DNA of 64,000 bases from the human T2T-CHM13v2.0 reference genome, Homo sapiens (GCF_009914755.1 NC_060947.1); one strand, 5' to 3'. Shown: positions 29,399 through 44,955, counted from the first letter of the stretch. Notes: generated from the sequence alone by a model not told the origin. Translations and numbers: made by a program.

Positions 29399-29917
29399 CA
29401 GTAGTTCCCCCTTAACCATAGTTTTGCTTTCTATGGTTTCAGTTACCTGTGGTCAGCCACAGTTCAAAAACATTAAACAGAAAATTCCAGAACCAAACGG
29501 TGCACGATTCTGAGTAGTGTGATGAAATCTCGTGCAGTCTCCCTCTGTCCTGTCCAGGACATGAATCATCCCTTTGTCCAGCAGATCCATGTTGTATATG
29601 CTACCCACCCATTTAGTCACTTAGTAGCAGGCTAGGTTATCAGATCAACTGTCATGGTATCGCATGACAGTAATCCTTATTTTACTTAGTAATTGTTCCA
29701 CAGCACAAGAGTAGTGATGATGGCATATTGTTATAATTGTTCTATTTTATTATTCGTTGTTAATATCTTACTGTGCCTAATTTACAAATTAAGCCTTATC
29801 ACAGGTATGTATGTATAGGAGAAAATGTATTATAGATCAGGTTTGGTGCTAACCACAGGTTCAGGCATTCACTGGGGATCTTGGAATGTATTCCCGTCAG
29901 ATAAGAGGGAACTACGA
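29399..29917. mobile_element. MER44/Tigger7-type DNA transposon
   Basis: TA then cagtagttcccccttaacc...ggtttcagttacctgtggtca; inverted end gataagagggaactac. Confidence 0.85.
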
Positions 29918-30310
29918 TATGTCGATACAACAGTGGTTGAACTATTGAGTCATGCTTGGAGCTCTTGAGTATGAATATCAGGAAATAAGCCTGGAATTAA
30001 TCCAATTGTGGCCAATTTTTAATGCCATATTAGGGCACTTAACCTTCATTGTGTAGTCAGTCTTAAGTGATCAAATAAACCACACAATTGGTTCTATGGT
30101 TCACAAAGTTAATGGCGATATCAAGTGAAAATTGGAGTGAGGCAAGATGGGTTTCCAGGAGACCAGAGAGGCAACAAGGGCTATATACCTTAAGAGCAAT
30201 TTACAAAAGATTAAAGGAGGGCAGTGGCAATGGGGATGAGAACAAATAAAAAATAGCAAAAAATAATATATTGAACTTATTGTAATTATGTCAAGCTACT
30301 GTTATCTTTA

Positions 30311-30637
<327 letters not shown>

Positions 30638-30702
30638 GGAAAGATCTGAATAAATAATCTCCTTTCCTTAATATAAATTTTAATGATTACAATTACAACT
30701 AA

Positions 30703-31071
<369 letters not shown>

Positions 31072-31529
31072 CTAATTATAAATTTAAACTTTAGAGAGAA
31101 TGTTGAGAGATACGGACATAATAATAAAAAAAACCTGAGCCGGATAATTGTGCTTGTCTGAAATGAGCTAATGAAATAATTTTGTTCATATCCTTTGGGG
31201 GTATTTCTGAAAATCAGTAAAGACTATGCACAGCCATTTTATGTTTTTACAATAGTGCCATTAATGATGCCTTATGAGTGAAGAAAGTTGGATGATTGGG
31301 TGTAAAAGATGTAAGGTTAATGGGAAAACTTCCCTAGTCCACAAATCATCTTATTATCCAGTCTGTAATTCTTTGTTCCATGCCAAAAATCTATATTTCG
31401 TCAAGTAATAATAGATGCTTTCAGGCAAACAGCCTTATATGTTGAAATGCAAATGATTACTTTTACCCCGTCTCCTATGCTTCTCCTTAAACACTGAAGT
31501 GAGTCAGAAGAAAGAACTCTTACCCTTTC

Positions 31530-32570
31530 TATTTACACTCACTGCTTTGGTGGTATCACTGAATCTCATGGCTTTAAATACCATTTGTCTTCTGATGATT
31601 ACCAAATACTAATCTCCAGCTCAGACCTTTCTCTCCAACACGAGACAGGCCACTGGACTTTCAATAGGTAGCTCAACCTCATCCTCACGTGGTGGAAAGC
31701 TCTGGATTGTCCCCCAAAACTATTTATCTCATCATTCTTTTCCCATCTCAGTTAATTGCATCGTCATTCTTCTAGTTACTCGGCACAAAAACTTTAATGT
31801 AATTCTTGACTCATATCTCTCTCACCCATCATTTGATTCATCAGAAAATCCTATTGTCTGTACCTTCAAATCATTTCCAAAATCTGACCACTTCTCACCA
31901 GCTCCAACGCTAGCATCCTGGTCAGAGCCACATTTCACTTTGCTTATTGCAAGAGCACCCTAACTGACTTCCAACTTCTGCCTTGCTTCCCATCAATTCA
32001 CTCTTAACTCTGCTGCTGGAGTAATTCTGTTAAAACAGAGATTAGTATGTGTCACTTATTTGCTCAAAAACCTCCAAAGACCTCTACTTTCACTGTGAGA
32101 AAAGGCCAGAATACAAAATTACAAGGGTCCGTAAGGCCCCAGAAAGACTTGACCTGGCCTGACCTCATCTACCGCTACCTTTCCCTCTTGCTCACTCTTG
32201 CTTATTTTCAGCAACACAAGGCTTCTTCCCTTTTCACAATCACTGCAGGAACACTCCTGCCTCTGAGACTCAGACCTTGCTCTTTCCTCTAGCTGAACTG
32301 CTCTTCCAAATGCCTTTTTTGTTCACTCCTTCACCTTCTTCAGGTCTTGACTTGAAACACCCTATAAATAGGGCATTTCCAGGCCACTCTAAAATTGCAA
32401 ACTTACCTCCATTCCTTGCACCCTTTCCCTCCTTACAGCTGTTATCACCATGTAATTTACTATAGTTTTTGCTTACTTGTTTTTTATCTCTTACGCAACC
32501 ATCCCATTAGAAAGTAAACTCTATTAAGGCAAGAATTTTTGTTTTTTCAGGACTCTACACTAAATCTCAT
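31530..32570 (+). mobile_element. L2 (L2a-like) fragment
   Basis: catggctttaaataccat...atctccagctcagacct...cttcaaatcatttccaaaatctgaccacttctcacc...agaaagtaaactctattaaggcaag. Confidence 0.85.
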
Positions 32571-34029
32571 AATTATAAGACAATATTTGGTGACTAATTT
32601 TAATAGGAAATATTGCCTAGAGTAAGTCCAGATTTTCTTCTTAATTTAATCATTAGGCAAAATATTTTGAGCACCTTTTATGTACTTGATTAGAACATAA
32701 GGGCATAATGCATTTTAGGATGTCTGAGATTATTGGGGAGTAGGCATGAAAACAAGTATTAATGGTCCATTGTTACAAGAAAAAGAGTGAAATCTGGGCT
32801 GATGCTCTCTAGTTTGAGCAGGAAAATATCTCATAGCCTCTAACCTTACTTAAATTCTGCCAGCTCTGGCCTGTAGAAGCAGTGAGGCAAAATGACCCAC
32901 TGGAAGAAGCTACTTCTTTTGCAGAAGCAACCTAACTCTGAGAAGAAAAAAATTAAGCCTATCATCTTCAGTTCTACTTGAGATCTTAATTATAAAATAA
33001 ACTCAGATTTCTATTTCCAGTTCAGATGGTTTGGTATAAGATGGGCCATAATCCCTGAAAAGTGGCAATTCCAAGGAAGTTTGGCACAAGTCTTAATATG
33101 CTTATTCAGGCTGAAGTTCCAGCAGTTCCTTCCCATAAGCAGACCTGCTAGAGTGTGGAAGACACATAATGTAAATACGTTAGGAGCAATTGTTGTTTCT
33201 TTCATTTTCTTCTGAATCAGTCCACAGCCCAAGGATTCTGTGAAGTAACAAAATTGGCTGTTACAGATTATAGCCACATTCCCATCTTAATAGCAGCAGT
33301 TGAAATTTCTTGGGCATTTCAAGGTAGAGATTTATGTTTTATTTGCAGTTCATGATTATTCTGATTCAAATATCTGTAAATATAAAGGGAGGGGGAGAAT
33401 GCTAACACAAAAAATATTGTACCCAGTTAAACTTTATGTCTGTATTAATAAAGCAGTCTTTGATTTAGAATTCTTAGTCCCTTTCTTTTAGAGGATTGAG
33501 GTTAGGGTATGTGGGTTTGTGTATGTTTTGTCACCAAGGTTGGGGTGATATTACCACAGTGACCAGAACTATAACCAAATTCCCATTTATACTAGTGATG
33601 GTTGTATCCTGTCTACCAGAGAGGGGAAAAATGCTTTGACAAATTCATCATTGTTATGTTTTCTTGCCACAGTTTATTCTCTTCTGCATTCTGTGGAAGT
33701 TCTTTTGGCCCTGTGGCTTCCTCAATCATAAGCTACCACATACAAAGACTATTTTTTCAAAGAAGCCAATTAGTTTTTTACTAATCATACGAACTTAGAA
33801 AAATAGATATTAAATATTACTGATAAATAACACAGCCTTGTCAGAAATCTCTCAAAGTGTGTGATCATTGTCTATAGAGTAGAACTTTTTAGGGGCAATA
33901 CAGTACTGTTTTTATATTCAATGAAGATAAGTTAGATTAAAAATGTAAGATATCTTTTTGTGAATTGCCACATGGTAGAATTTTGTAAGAGGTTTTTATA
34001 ATGCTATTCAATTACTTCTCCATGGAAGA

Positions 34030-34215
34030 ATTTTGCTCACAGAGAAAGAGAGACAGTGTGTGTGTATACACAAACATATATAAATGTACATATATCTGCA
34101 TGCATTATATATGCATATATTGTATGTGTATGTAAAGTATGTATAGACATACAAATACAGTCATATATACATACATATATAGTCTATACATAATAGCTAT
34201 ATGTGATATACTCTC
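34030..34215. repeat. Degenerate TA/TG/CA low-complexity tract
   Basis: Alternating purine-pyrimidine sequence directly visible. Confidence 0.75.
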
Positions 34216-35904
34216 TAGATGTTATAAAAGCTTTTCAAATTTCAACTTATTGGATTTGTTTTGGTGAGTGTTCAGGTTTATTGGTGGAAGAATTATGAGT
34301 TTATAAATCACTGATTAGTCCTCTATTCTCACAAGAGTAAAAGAATATTTTAATGATACATAGTCACCAAGGGATTGCACATTTTCAAATGAACTCACTG
34401 TTACTGCCCCTGTTGTCAAGATGGTATCTCCCTCTTTCTCCTCGGCAAAAACACCATGAATCAATTTATTTAGAGTGAAAACAAACGTCAATCATTAGGT
34501 GAAGATGCTTTTTCTCAATATCTAAATGGTTTAAAATTGAATTTCTCACGTAACTGCCCATTTAAAGACTCAAACATGGTTCTTTGTTTTTGAGGAATAT
34601 TCTTTATAAAGTCTCTGAAAACACTTTTACTCTCTTAGCAAGATACCTTCTTTACTTGGCAACAAAAACCACATTGAAACAATCGTATTCCCTTTTGTCA
34701 GCCTGAGCCAGCTGAAATCTTTGGAGTTATCAACCTCTGCCAACAACTTGAAGTAGCGGTTGCACAATGGATAACTGAGATGTAGTTTATTCCAAGCTAA
34801 TGATTTTCTGAAGCTTTCGGGATGGTTATATTTATACTGACAGATACAGACCTAACTTTCCCATAAAAAGAACAGACTGTGTTCAACGTACCCAGATAAT
34901 ACCAGCCTCTTTTTTGTATAATCCTTTAATTTCAGATGCTTATAGCTGCTTCAGTCCTGTCAATACCAGCACTCTGAAGTCTTGCCCTGCTTGATAATCA
35001 TTTGTCTCTGTAATTTCTTTATCATTGCTTTACTTAGGGACAACACAAATAATCTATTTAGACCAGAAGAGACCAACTTTCTTTCTTCTTTATGATCAAA
35101 ATATTTTGTAGACTCCCTACAAAATAATTATGATAATTGTAGTAGCCATTGGGTAAGAAATGCATAATGACAAAAATCTAGTTTTAATTCAGTCGTGCTA
35201 AGCATATACTCTGCTTTATTACATCAGCTACATATGTTTAAAAATACTAATATATATTATTTATCTAGTCTGCATTTGGACTTGCCTAATCCTTTCAACT
35301 AGAATGCCCTCTCAAAGATCCGTATCTTGAAGCACGAGAACCAATAGTTTGAAACAACTGATATAAAGTGGATAACATCAGGTGTCCAATGACCTACCAC
35401 ATTTGACACTGAAAATATTTTCCAAAGAAATACAGAGTATGAAAATAAGAAAGAACTACTCTATCACTCATTGTCCCATCGTCTGATGGCCCTGTTGACT
35501 CATTGTACACCAAGGGCCTTTTGAAGTAGGGAAATACATGTGACCAATAGAGATAGAACAATAAGACAATTTCAGATTTGAAAGAAACCTGAGCAACCAC
35601 GGAGCCCAACCCTCTCTTTTTCTCCAGTAATCCAAAGAGGTCAAGTAGCTTGTTAAGGGCACCCAAGAAGTTGATGGCAAAGCCAGGCCTAAACCTGGAT
35701 TATACAAACTTGAAACTATCTTGAAATGTAGTAAGCACTATCGCAGTGTTGGGTAATACCCTTACACTCAATCCCAGAAGATTGAGTTCAGAAGATGAAG
35801 ATGTGGAGGCTGAAATTATAACCCTGGGGATTCGTTGATTGTGATGTACTTTATGCAGGTTTAGAGGCAAAAACACATGGCTTGGCATCAGAAGTGGAAA
35901 GGAA

Positions 35905-36130
35905 AGTAGAGTGTTGTAGAATGAGTGCTGGATTTGAGGTCAGAAGACCTCTTTTAATTCCCGGTACTGTCACCGATTAGATGTGACCTATGGCATAACC
36001 CTTAAATATCCTTGACCTCCTCTGTTTCCTTTTATGTTAAAATGGGAATAATAATGCATGCTTTGACCATCATTTAGAAAGGTTGAGAGAATCAAAATCA
36101 GTATCAGAAAATGCTTTTTTAATCTGTGCA
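35905..36130 (+). mobile_element. MIR SINE
   Basis: gagtgctggatttgaggtcagaagacct...ctgtttcctttatgttaaaatgggaataataatg. Confidence 0.75.
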
Positions 36131-36653
36131 GAGCTTGAGGTAACAAAGCAGTATACCTCAATAAATATCGTTGCATTCCTCTATGCCAGGCTTCGTGCAA
36201 GGCACTGGGAATAGAGCACTGAATAAAATAGAAATGATCATAGTTTAAGGAATTTTCATTCTAGAAAATAATTACTTAAATGTGGCTCTATGTAACTTAC
36301 CAGGAGCTTTCTTATCCGTTGTTCCTCTTGAGCTTTGCAACAGTACTAGGCAGACAGGATAGATAAGTAATGATAATAACAAAACAACAATAATAGCAGC
36401 AGCAGCAGCAGCTAACATTTCTATTATTTCAATGTAAAAAAAGAATTTCAGATTGTTTAAATACAGAAATGTGGTGGAGTAGAAAGAAGGCCAAGATGGG
36501 GACAAGGGGAACCATGACCCCAAAAGCAAATAAAGCATCTGAGCATTCCTTTCTGTTTGGTTATGAACATCTGAGGGTACATAATCATAATGAGCTCCTT
36601 TCAGTAAATACAAGATGGGTGTTTCCATCTTGATATTATAAATTAAGAAACAA

Positions 36654-36999
<346 letters not shown>

Positions 37000-37459
37000 C
37001 TAAACCTAATGAGCAGAGAAGCAAGCAAAGATTGATTCCAGGATTTCCTGGCTCCAAAGCCTAGGTTATCTCCATTGTATCAGGCTCCTTCCACCACATC
37101 TGGATGTTGACTACATCCAGAACATGAAACAAAAGCTTCAGTGCTAAAAACAAACAAACAAACAAGCAAACCAAACTATCACATTAAGAAGCAAGTCACC
37201 AACTGATCATTTTCTGATTTTGCTGTTTCCATGGATGGTTCCAAAATCCTACCTAACTCATCAAGCTTAAATCAAAGTTGACTCATCCTTACTTGTCATC
37301 CCATGTAAAATAAGTTGCCAATTCCTATCTGTTTCACTTTCAAAATGTTTTTAATCCTGCTGCTTCTGTGTAGTTTTGAACTGGATAGTTCTAATAATTG
37401 TTGCCAAAGTTCCATACTAGCATCTCTGGCTTGGACTCCTTACATGCTGAATCCAACTC

Positions 37460-37925
37460 TCTTAGTTTGCATCCCCTCACTGGCAGATCCTGAGACAAGG
37501 CTTTAAGTGCTGGTAGTTTATTTGGAGCATGACCCCCCAAACACAACAGTCTGGGAATGAAGTGAGATGGGAAAAGGAAGCTGACCAATAAAAGGTGTGT
37601 TATCAAGAAAGTTACAACTGTACATAGCTGGAACTTAGTCCTAACAGAGAACCCTAGGAAACAGGATAGAGCATCTGACTTGGAGTTATTCTAACTGAGG
37701 ATCAAAAGAGCATCATTTATAGACTGGTTCCCATTGGTTATTGGTTTAGGCTACCCCCAAGAACTTTTTGGTGTTGAACTCTTCCTGCGTGTAGTGCAAG
37801 TGAGAAGAGAATGCTTCTGCAGCCAGGGAAATCCCTCAGATGAAAGGACTTAGATATGAAAGTTGGAAGTCAGAGTTCAGAGAAAAGATACTGGCCAGGG
37901 GAGTTTATCTGGGTCACTGTATTTG
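37460..37925 (-). mobile_element. Old ERVL-class LTR (LTR33/LTR41-like; subfamily uncertain)
   Basis: gcagatcctgagacaaggctttaagtgctggtagtttatttggag resembles antisense 3' part of ERVL LTRs, with AATAAA on minus strand. Confidence 0.55.
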
Positions 37926-37974
37926 CTCTGCCAGCCTATATATTATTTCTAAATTAATCTTCTTAGTGTACATC

Positions 37975-38340
37975 TGTATTAGTCCATTTTCATGCTGCTA
38001 TGAAGAAATACCCAAGATTGGTTAATTTATAAAGAAAAAGAGGTTTGATGGACTCACAGTTCCACATGGCTGGGGAGGCCTCACAATCATGGCGGAAGGC
38101 AAAAGAGGAGCAAAGTCACGTCTTACATGGTGGCAGGCAGGAGAGCATGTGCAGGGGAACTGCCCTTTATAAAGCCACCAGATCTCATGAGACTTATTCA
38201 CTATCATGAGACCAACATGGGATTAAACCCATCCCCATGATTCAACTACCTCCCACCAGGCCCCTCCCATGCATAACATGGGATTATGGAAACTACAATT
38301 AAAGATGAGATTTGAGTGGGGACACAGCCAAACCATATCA
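37975..38340 (-). mobile_element. THE1 (THE1D-like) solo LTR
   Basis: tgtattagtcc...ggggacacagccaaaccatatca with TG/CA termini and perfect 5-bp TSD ACATC. Confidence 0.95.
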
Positions 38341-38620
38341 ACATCTTTGCTGGAGAAAGCTACTCTAGCTATTAGGCTACTCAGAGTATGCCTTGTGACT
38401 TTCATCCTTCATGCCTTTCTCATATTGTCTCCTTTTCTTGATTATTGTTTTCAGTCTTACCCTACTCCCCGTCCCACATAGTCAAATGTTACCTATTTAT
38501 GAAGACTCACACTGTGGGCATTTGTGATTACATATTATTTTTAATTACATTATAACTTGATGTAATCCACTAGCACAGTGTTCTAAATATAATAGAGGCC
38601 TAATGGATGTTTTTGGACTC

Positions 38621-38699
38621 ATTGTCTGACAACATAACAACTTGTGATTGTCTGAAAATGTAACAACTTGTGATTGTCTGAAAATGTAACAGCCTGTGA
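38621..38699. repeat. 26-bp tandem repeat (2 perfect plus 2 partial copies)
   Basis: TAACAACTTGTGATTGTCTGAAAATG at 38635 and 38661, with degenerate flanking part-units. Confidence 0.95.
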
Positions 38700-38904
38700 A
38701 CTCTTCGTTGTTCAAAGAAAACAGAAAAATTCCAAATATGTAACTCTTTGAAATTATGTCAATGTAGATTTGTTTCAAATGTTAATATATAGTAACCAGG
38801 GAATAATAGCAATGAATTTGTTCAGTTACGATATTTGGTACTTCCAAATAGCTTCCCATGATGAGGATAAGATAACTAATAATTCTTACAGTAAAATATT
38901 CTTT

Positions 38905-39414
38905 GATTGGGTTGTTTCCTATTGCTGCTATAATAAATTAACATAAACTTAGTGGCTTAAACAACCCAAATTTATTATCTTACAGTTCTGGAAGTCAGAA
39001 TTCCAAAATGGATTTTACTAAGCTAAAGTTAAGGTGTCATCATGGCTGCATTCTTTTCTGGAGACTCTGGGAGAGAATCTGTTTTCTTGCCTTCTTTGGC
39101 TTCTAGAGACTGTCTACATTTCTTATCTCTTGGCCCTCTTCCATCGTCAAAGCTAGCAGTAGCCAGTTGAATCTCACAGAGCATCCCTTTGACATTAACT
39201 CTTCTGCCTCCTTTTCTCATATTTAATACCCTTGCGATTACACTGGGCTCATCTGGATAACCCTGGCTTATCTCTGTATCATAAAGTCAGCTAACTAGTA
39301 GTCCTAATTATATCTGCTACGTTAACTCCCCTTTGCCTTATAAGGTAATATATTCGCAGGTTCAGGAGATTAGGACACAGATGTCTTTGGGAGGCCATTA
39401 TTCTGCCTACCACA
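38905..39414 (-). mobile_element. MLT1D-like (MaLR) solo LTR
   Basis: aaacttagtggcttaaacaac...tttattatcttacagttctggaagtcagaa...ttattctgcctaccaca. Confidence 0.9.
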
Positions 39415-40268
39415 ATTGATATGTCCCACTCTTCCCTCCTAATTTAATAAGACAATCCTATACTGGTTTACCCTTATCTCGTAAAATATTCAAGATGTAG
39501 TACAGATGTTCTTGATGCTAGATGTTGAATTATGATTTTAACAAATGGAGGCTTGTGTCTCATAATGTATATTTCGTTTTGAAATAGAAAAGTTGACTTA
39601 GAAAATTAGACTTCCATGTGTACACATAATAGTTCTGCTACTTGAGATCCAGCGATTAGCCTACTTCTAGCATTTTCAAAATAAACTTGTCATTTGTGTC
39701 ATTATCATAGCTGATTAGAAAGTAAATTATTTGTATTGACCACATTGAGAAAATTACCATTTAGCTTATGGAACTCTTTGTCATAGAGTGTGGATATTAT
39801 ATTTGTACTTGATTCTAATAGTGGTTAGGGACATTAGAAGGATATGGAGCTCATCATTCAACTAAGTCCTTACAAAATAATTCAATCTCTGTTTTAGAAG
39901 TTTATCATAATATTAGTACATAAACTGAACACAAGAAGGAATTTATACCATAGAAAAATTAGAGAGAAAACTTAGAAACCATCTCCTACGAGCTCTTTGC
40001 TTTTCTTGCGAAGTGGCTGCTATCAACAGAAAGAGCCGTTGTTAGGCTTTGCATGTTCTGGAGTGACATCTATTAGAGAAGGTTTATCATCTTTGACCAC
40101 TTTGCACTTCCTCTCCCAACAAAGCCTTACAAGCATGTGTTTCCTAGAGTGGCCACTTGGATCTTCATCTTCCAGTAATGTTCATGATTTGGGTATTCCT
40201 AGTTCTCTCTATCCAAAATGGCCAGTTGGTATCTTCTTAACCCAGTTGTGCATTTTAAAATATTTTGT

Positions 40269-40563
40269 GGGCCAGGTGCGGTGGTTCACTCCTGTAATCC
40301 CAGCACTTTGGGAGGCCGAGGCGGGTGGATCACCTGAGATCAGGAGTTCGAGACCAGCCTGGCCAACATGGTGAAACCTGGTCTCTACTAACAATAAAAA
40401 AATTAGCTGGGCATGGTGGCGCATGCCTGTAATCCCAGTTACTCAGGAGGCTGAGGCAAGAGAATCACCTGAACCCAGGAGGCGGAGGTTGCAGTGAGCC
40501 AAGATCATGCCATTGCACTCCAGCCTGAGTGACAGAGTGAGACTGTCTCAAAAAAAAAAAAAA
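40269..40563 (+). mobile_element. Alu SINE
   Basis: Full sense Alu. Confidence 0.97.
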
Positions 40564-41001
40564 TTGTGGAGTCCAAACTGTTACTAGTTAATCTGGAAAA
40601 TTAATCTATAAAAAGTTCCTAATAATTTATACTATTTTTTCTTCCTGTCACAATATAAAAAATAAACATTACCTGTTGTAATCTGAATATGTGATTGTAA
40701 AATGATTAAGCCCGATTTTTCAACCAAAGAGATTATGACTTAAAGTGTTTATTATGAAGTTCGTGGTAAATGAAGAACCAGAATGTATAAAGGTGATTCA
40801 GCTATAAATAAAATTTAATTTTGTGTTAATAAAAGTAAAATTAGGGAATTATGAAAAGATATTTTCAAATACAAAGATGCATTTAATATTCACACAATAT
40901 TGATACTTAGTACCCCCATTTAACTAATTAAGAAATTAAGACTAGTAATGATTAAGTAACTTTCCCACAATTACTTAGCTGGCTAGAGTCTAACATGGTA
41001 T

Positions 41002-41322
<321 letters not shown>

Positions 41323-43654
41323 TGAAACAAACGTGGTATCTTTTTCATAAGAGGAACTCAAACATTCTATTGAGTTGAAATACATTGAATGAGGCATCCT
41401 TTGTTTTTTGCACTGAATAAGCTCTGGTGAGAGCTCTATTGTTGTCTTTAAATAAGTCTATTCTTCTAGGACTGGCTAAAAGCCCACTTAAATGGGAGCC
41501 CTCAGGTACACTCATTGTCTTCATTAACTTCCTTTGTTAGAAACACCATTCATTCAACAATATATCCACCAAAAATATTCAGAAGTGGATGACCTTTCTT
41601 ATGCTGATTTTTGAATTGTAGAAAATTGCGGAGATTCTTACTAAGTTTTGGGATAGAACTCTCTCTCACTGGTCTTTCCTTTAAATATAAAATAGAACCT
41701 TGAATATGGTAATTTCAAATATGCATGCTTTTAAGTGAATTGTAAGTTTCTTGCAAACAGGGATTTTGTTACAGTCTACCTTTATTCTAACAAGATAATA
41801 GTAGCTACCATTTCAGGGCGTGTATGTCATTAACTGCTTCATAACACATGATTTGACTTTTGCTTTTATATTTCTAACATTTATAAGCAGTACAATGTAA
41901 TAGTCACACATAAATACTTTATAATATTTATCAATAATTAAAAATAAATTAATACAGGAATCTAATAATTTATAGTATATGAATTTAGAATTCATTATTT
42001 ATATTATAATAAATATACATTTGTAATTCATTATTACATTATTTATTTATTGCATCTACCCTCTTGACACTATTTCAAAGTGTGCATAAGTATTGCACTT
42101 TGGCTTTGAGAAATCTAAACTAAGAAAAGATAAGCAAATTTTCCAAGGGCTCTTAGCTAGCATTTGACAAAGGAAAAATTCTAACCCTGGTCTGTCTGAC
42201 TCCAAAGATGGATTTTATTCCTTTTTAGTGTGCTACATTGCTTGCAATTTTCCATGAGCCTAGCAAAGTGTATCCTGTTGGATTGAAGCATATTTTCGAG
42301 TGGAGATACTGTGGTAAATGAGATGGAAGGAGAAGATGGTAACTGGGACACCTACTGAGGTGTGTTCTTAGAACCAAAGACTTCGACTTAAACTCTATCA
42401 TAGATCACAGTTGGTATTAGATTCACTTAGAAGAATATAAAACACAAATGAACATTATGTGTCCTTCCTCCTTGAGAATAGTCATCACACAAATCTATGT
42501 AGCAGTTCCCACAGCCATCTGGGTAGTTATCTTTAGCGATTCCTTTCCCCCATGTCTCACATCATGGAATACGAATCACATTGTGTAGGTGTAGAAATCA
42601 CCTGGGCGTAAAAACCTCATTCCCCAGTAGCCAGTATCTCTTATATCAAATCTGTAGTCACAGCCCCTGAAAACATGCTCAGTTGCAAGTCATCACACTC
42701 AGGGAAGTGCAAAGATATGACATCCAGATCAGGCATCTATACTTCATTTATAGTTTCTTCTAGTTCATGTGAAACTTACCAATCAGGACTCATTTTTATC
42801 ATAGCCAGTATGACCTTGTAACACATTTGACATACCACGTTTATCTGTCTTCAGGGGATCAGAACTAAAAAGTTACCCAAAGATCCAATTTTAACACAGG
42901 TCGAAGGGTTTTGATAGCCTTTTACCCAAAATAATTACAGAATGGATTTCTTGAAAAGTAGTTTTGAGGATTTTGTTCTATTTTTAAGGATGGGAGGATT
43001 TGGATATGACCTCAACAGTTGGTGGCTGAGAAAGAGTGGAGAAAAAGATCCTTGGAGTTAAAGAGATAAGAGAACAGAGAGGCTAGAATGTTAGACAGAG
43101 CCCCTTTGTATATGTTGAAATAAGCAAAATGTGGACATGTGGGTAGGTGAATGGGACAGTGATCCAGGCTCTAAAACTCTTACTAAATGAGAGAAAATGA
43201 CAGGGAGATCTGTAGATAACTATAGCTTTGAGGGAAGATGGGTGATGGTGGCTGATGGCACAACCTCAAATGAGTTCCTTTTATTGAAAGAAGACAATTC
43301 ATTTGGAAGAAGTAATTGGGAGCAAGGGAAACACCTACTCTATCTCTAGGCCCTAATTTTTCTCATGATAATTCATTGAAGTGCTGTAAAATATCCAAAC
43401 AAAGTAATTCAGTAATAAGGGAAAAAACTTAAAAATATACACACAAATTTATAAATGTCATGTGTATATATTTGTCCTCAATACAATTTCTCCTGATCAG
43501 TTGTGTGTAACTAGGATGTGTAATAAATGAACACAAGGACAAACACACTGCAGATATTTACCCTAAATATCTCAGTGTATTTTAATACATGGAATATTAT
43601 TGTGCTGCTTTGTTAGTGGGGTATAATTTAGGGGGGATCTTTCTTGATAGCATA

Positions 43655-43870
43655 GCAGAAATTGATCTGAATCCTAAATACTCCATTTATTAGCTGTATG
43701 ACTTTGGGCAAATTAGTTTACTCAGCCTCAGATTCATTTCTCAAGAAATTAGCCCACCAGTATGACTTACCTCTTAGGATTATAGTTAAGATTATATGAG
43801 ATAAAGCACATGAAGATTTTAGCTCAGTGACTAGTGTAGTAAATGCTTAATAAAGCTATTATTGTCATTG
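43655..43870 (+). mobile_element. MIR SINE
   Basis: ccatttattagctgtatgactttgggcaaatta...ctcagcctcag...gtaaatgcttaataaagctattatt. Confidence 0.8.
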
Positions 43871-44389
43871 TAATTACATTAAATCACATTAAAAAATTTA
43901 GTTCCCCTATTAAATCATATGAAGAGTTTAAAGAAAGTCAACGGGGTAATGTGTTCAGTTTCTTTTTTAAATAAAAAGTATGCAATATTATAATGATTAG
44001 AGTCCCATGTAGTAGAAGGAAGAGAATAAAGGACTGAAATTATAAGACTATTTGTGCCCTTGATTTTAATTTCTTACCTTGAGTCCTTTTGTTATTTAGA
44101 ATGACCCCAAGGGAATCATTCCTTATTTGATTAGCAGTGCTACACTTTAAAGAGCATTACTTCCCCCTTATCTCACTCCCATTCCAAAGACCACTAGGGT
44201 ATAACCGTTGCAAACATTTGTACTTTGTCTAACTACAGGAAAACATAGGAAAGGGTACCTTGCATTCCAAACTCAATTTTAAATCACTGGTAATGGTTTT
44301 GACTGGCTAATGCAATGGGAACACCTCCAATATATGTTGGCCAGTATTAATCTTAGCATAGAAAATATTCACTTTTAATTTGATGGTCA

Positions 44390-44694
44390 TTTTTTTTCTT
44401 TTTTTGGAGGCAGAGTCTCGCTCTATCCCCCAGGCTGGAGTGCAGTGGCACGATCTCCCTCACTGCAACCTCTGCCTACCGGGTTCAAGTGATACTCAAG
44501 TCTTAGCCTCCCCTGAGTAGCTGAGATTGCAGGCACCTGCCACCATGCCTGGCTAAATTTTTATATTTTTAGTAGAGATGAGATTTTGCCATGTTGAACA
44601 GGCTGGTCTCGAACTCCTGACCTCAGGTTATCTGCCCGACTCGGCCTCCCAAAGTGCTGGGATTACAGGCGTGAGCCACCACTGCACCTGGGCT
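44390..44694 (-). mobile_element. Alu SINE
   Basis: Full antisense Alu. Confidence 0.96.
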
Positions 44695-44896
44695 GGTGCT
44701 GATATTTAGCAATACTGCCATCTGTGGTGTTCATAGAAACAAAAAAAATCCTCCAAATACTGCTTAAAGGAGTCTCATCACACTTGACACACATCTTTTA
44801 AAAATTTGTGTTTTTCTATTGCTCTTTCATCTCAAAGAGGCCTATAGCAGAGAATGAGTAGCACGTTGCGCTGTCTTTGGGGTCCTGGATAAACAA

Positions 44897-44955
44897 CCTC
44901 TTTCTTTTCTTTTTTCTTTTCTTTTCTCTCTCTCTCTCTCTCTCTCCCCCCCCCT

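Noticed and set aside
32551-32621. Plus-strand 71-nt exon-like segment with a strong acceptor
   Set aside because: The acceptor derives from an L2 3' remnant, the body is very AT-rich and the length is not frame-preserving; likely a pseudo-exon
36395-36412. (AGC)6 triplet repeat
   Set aside because: Short and non-coding, well below lengths associated with instability
39997-40374. 125-aa plus-strand ORF
   Set aside because: TTG start, no homology I recognise, and the C-terminal third is Alu
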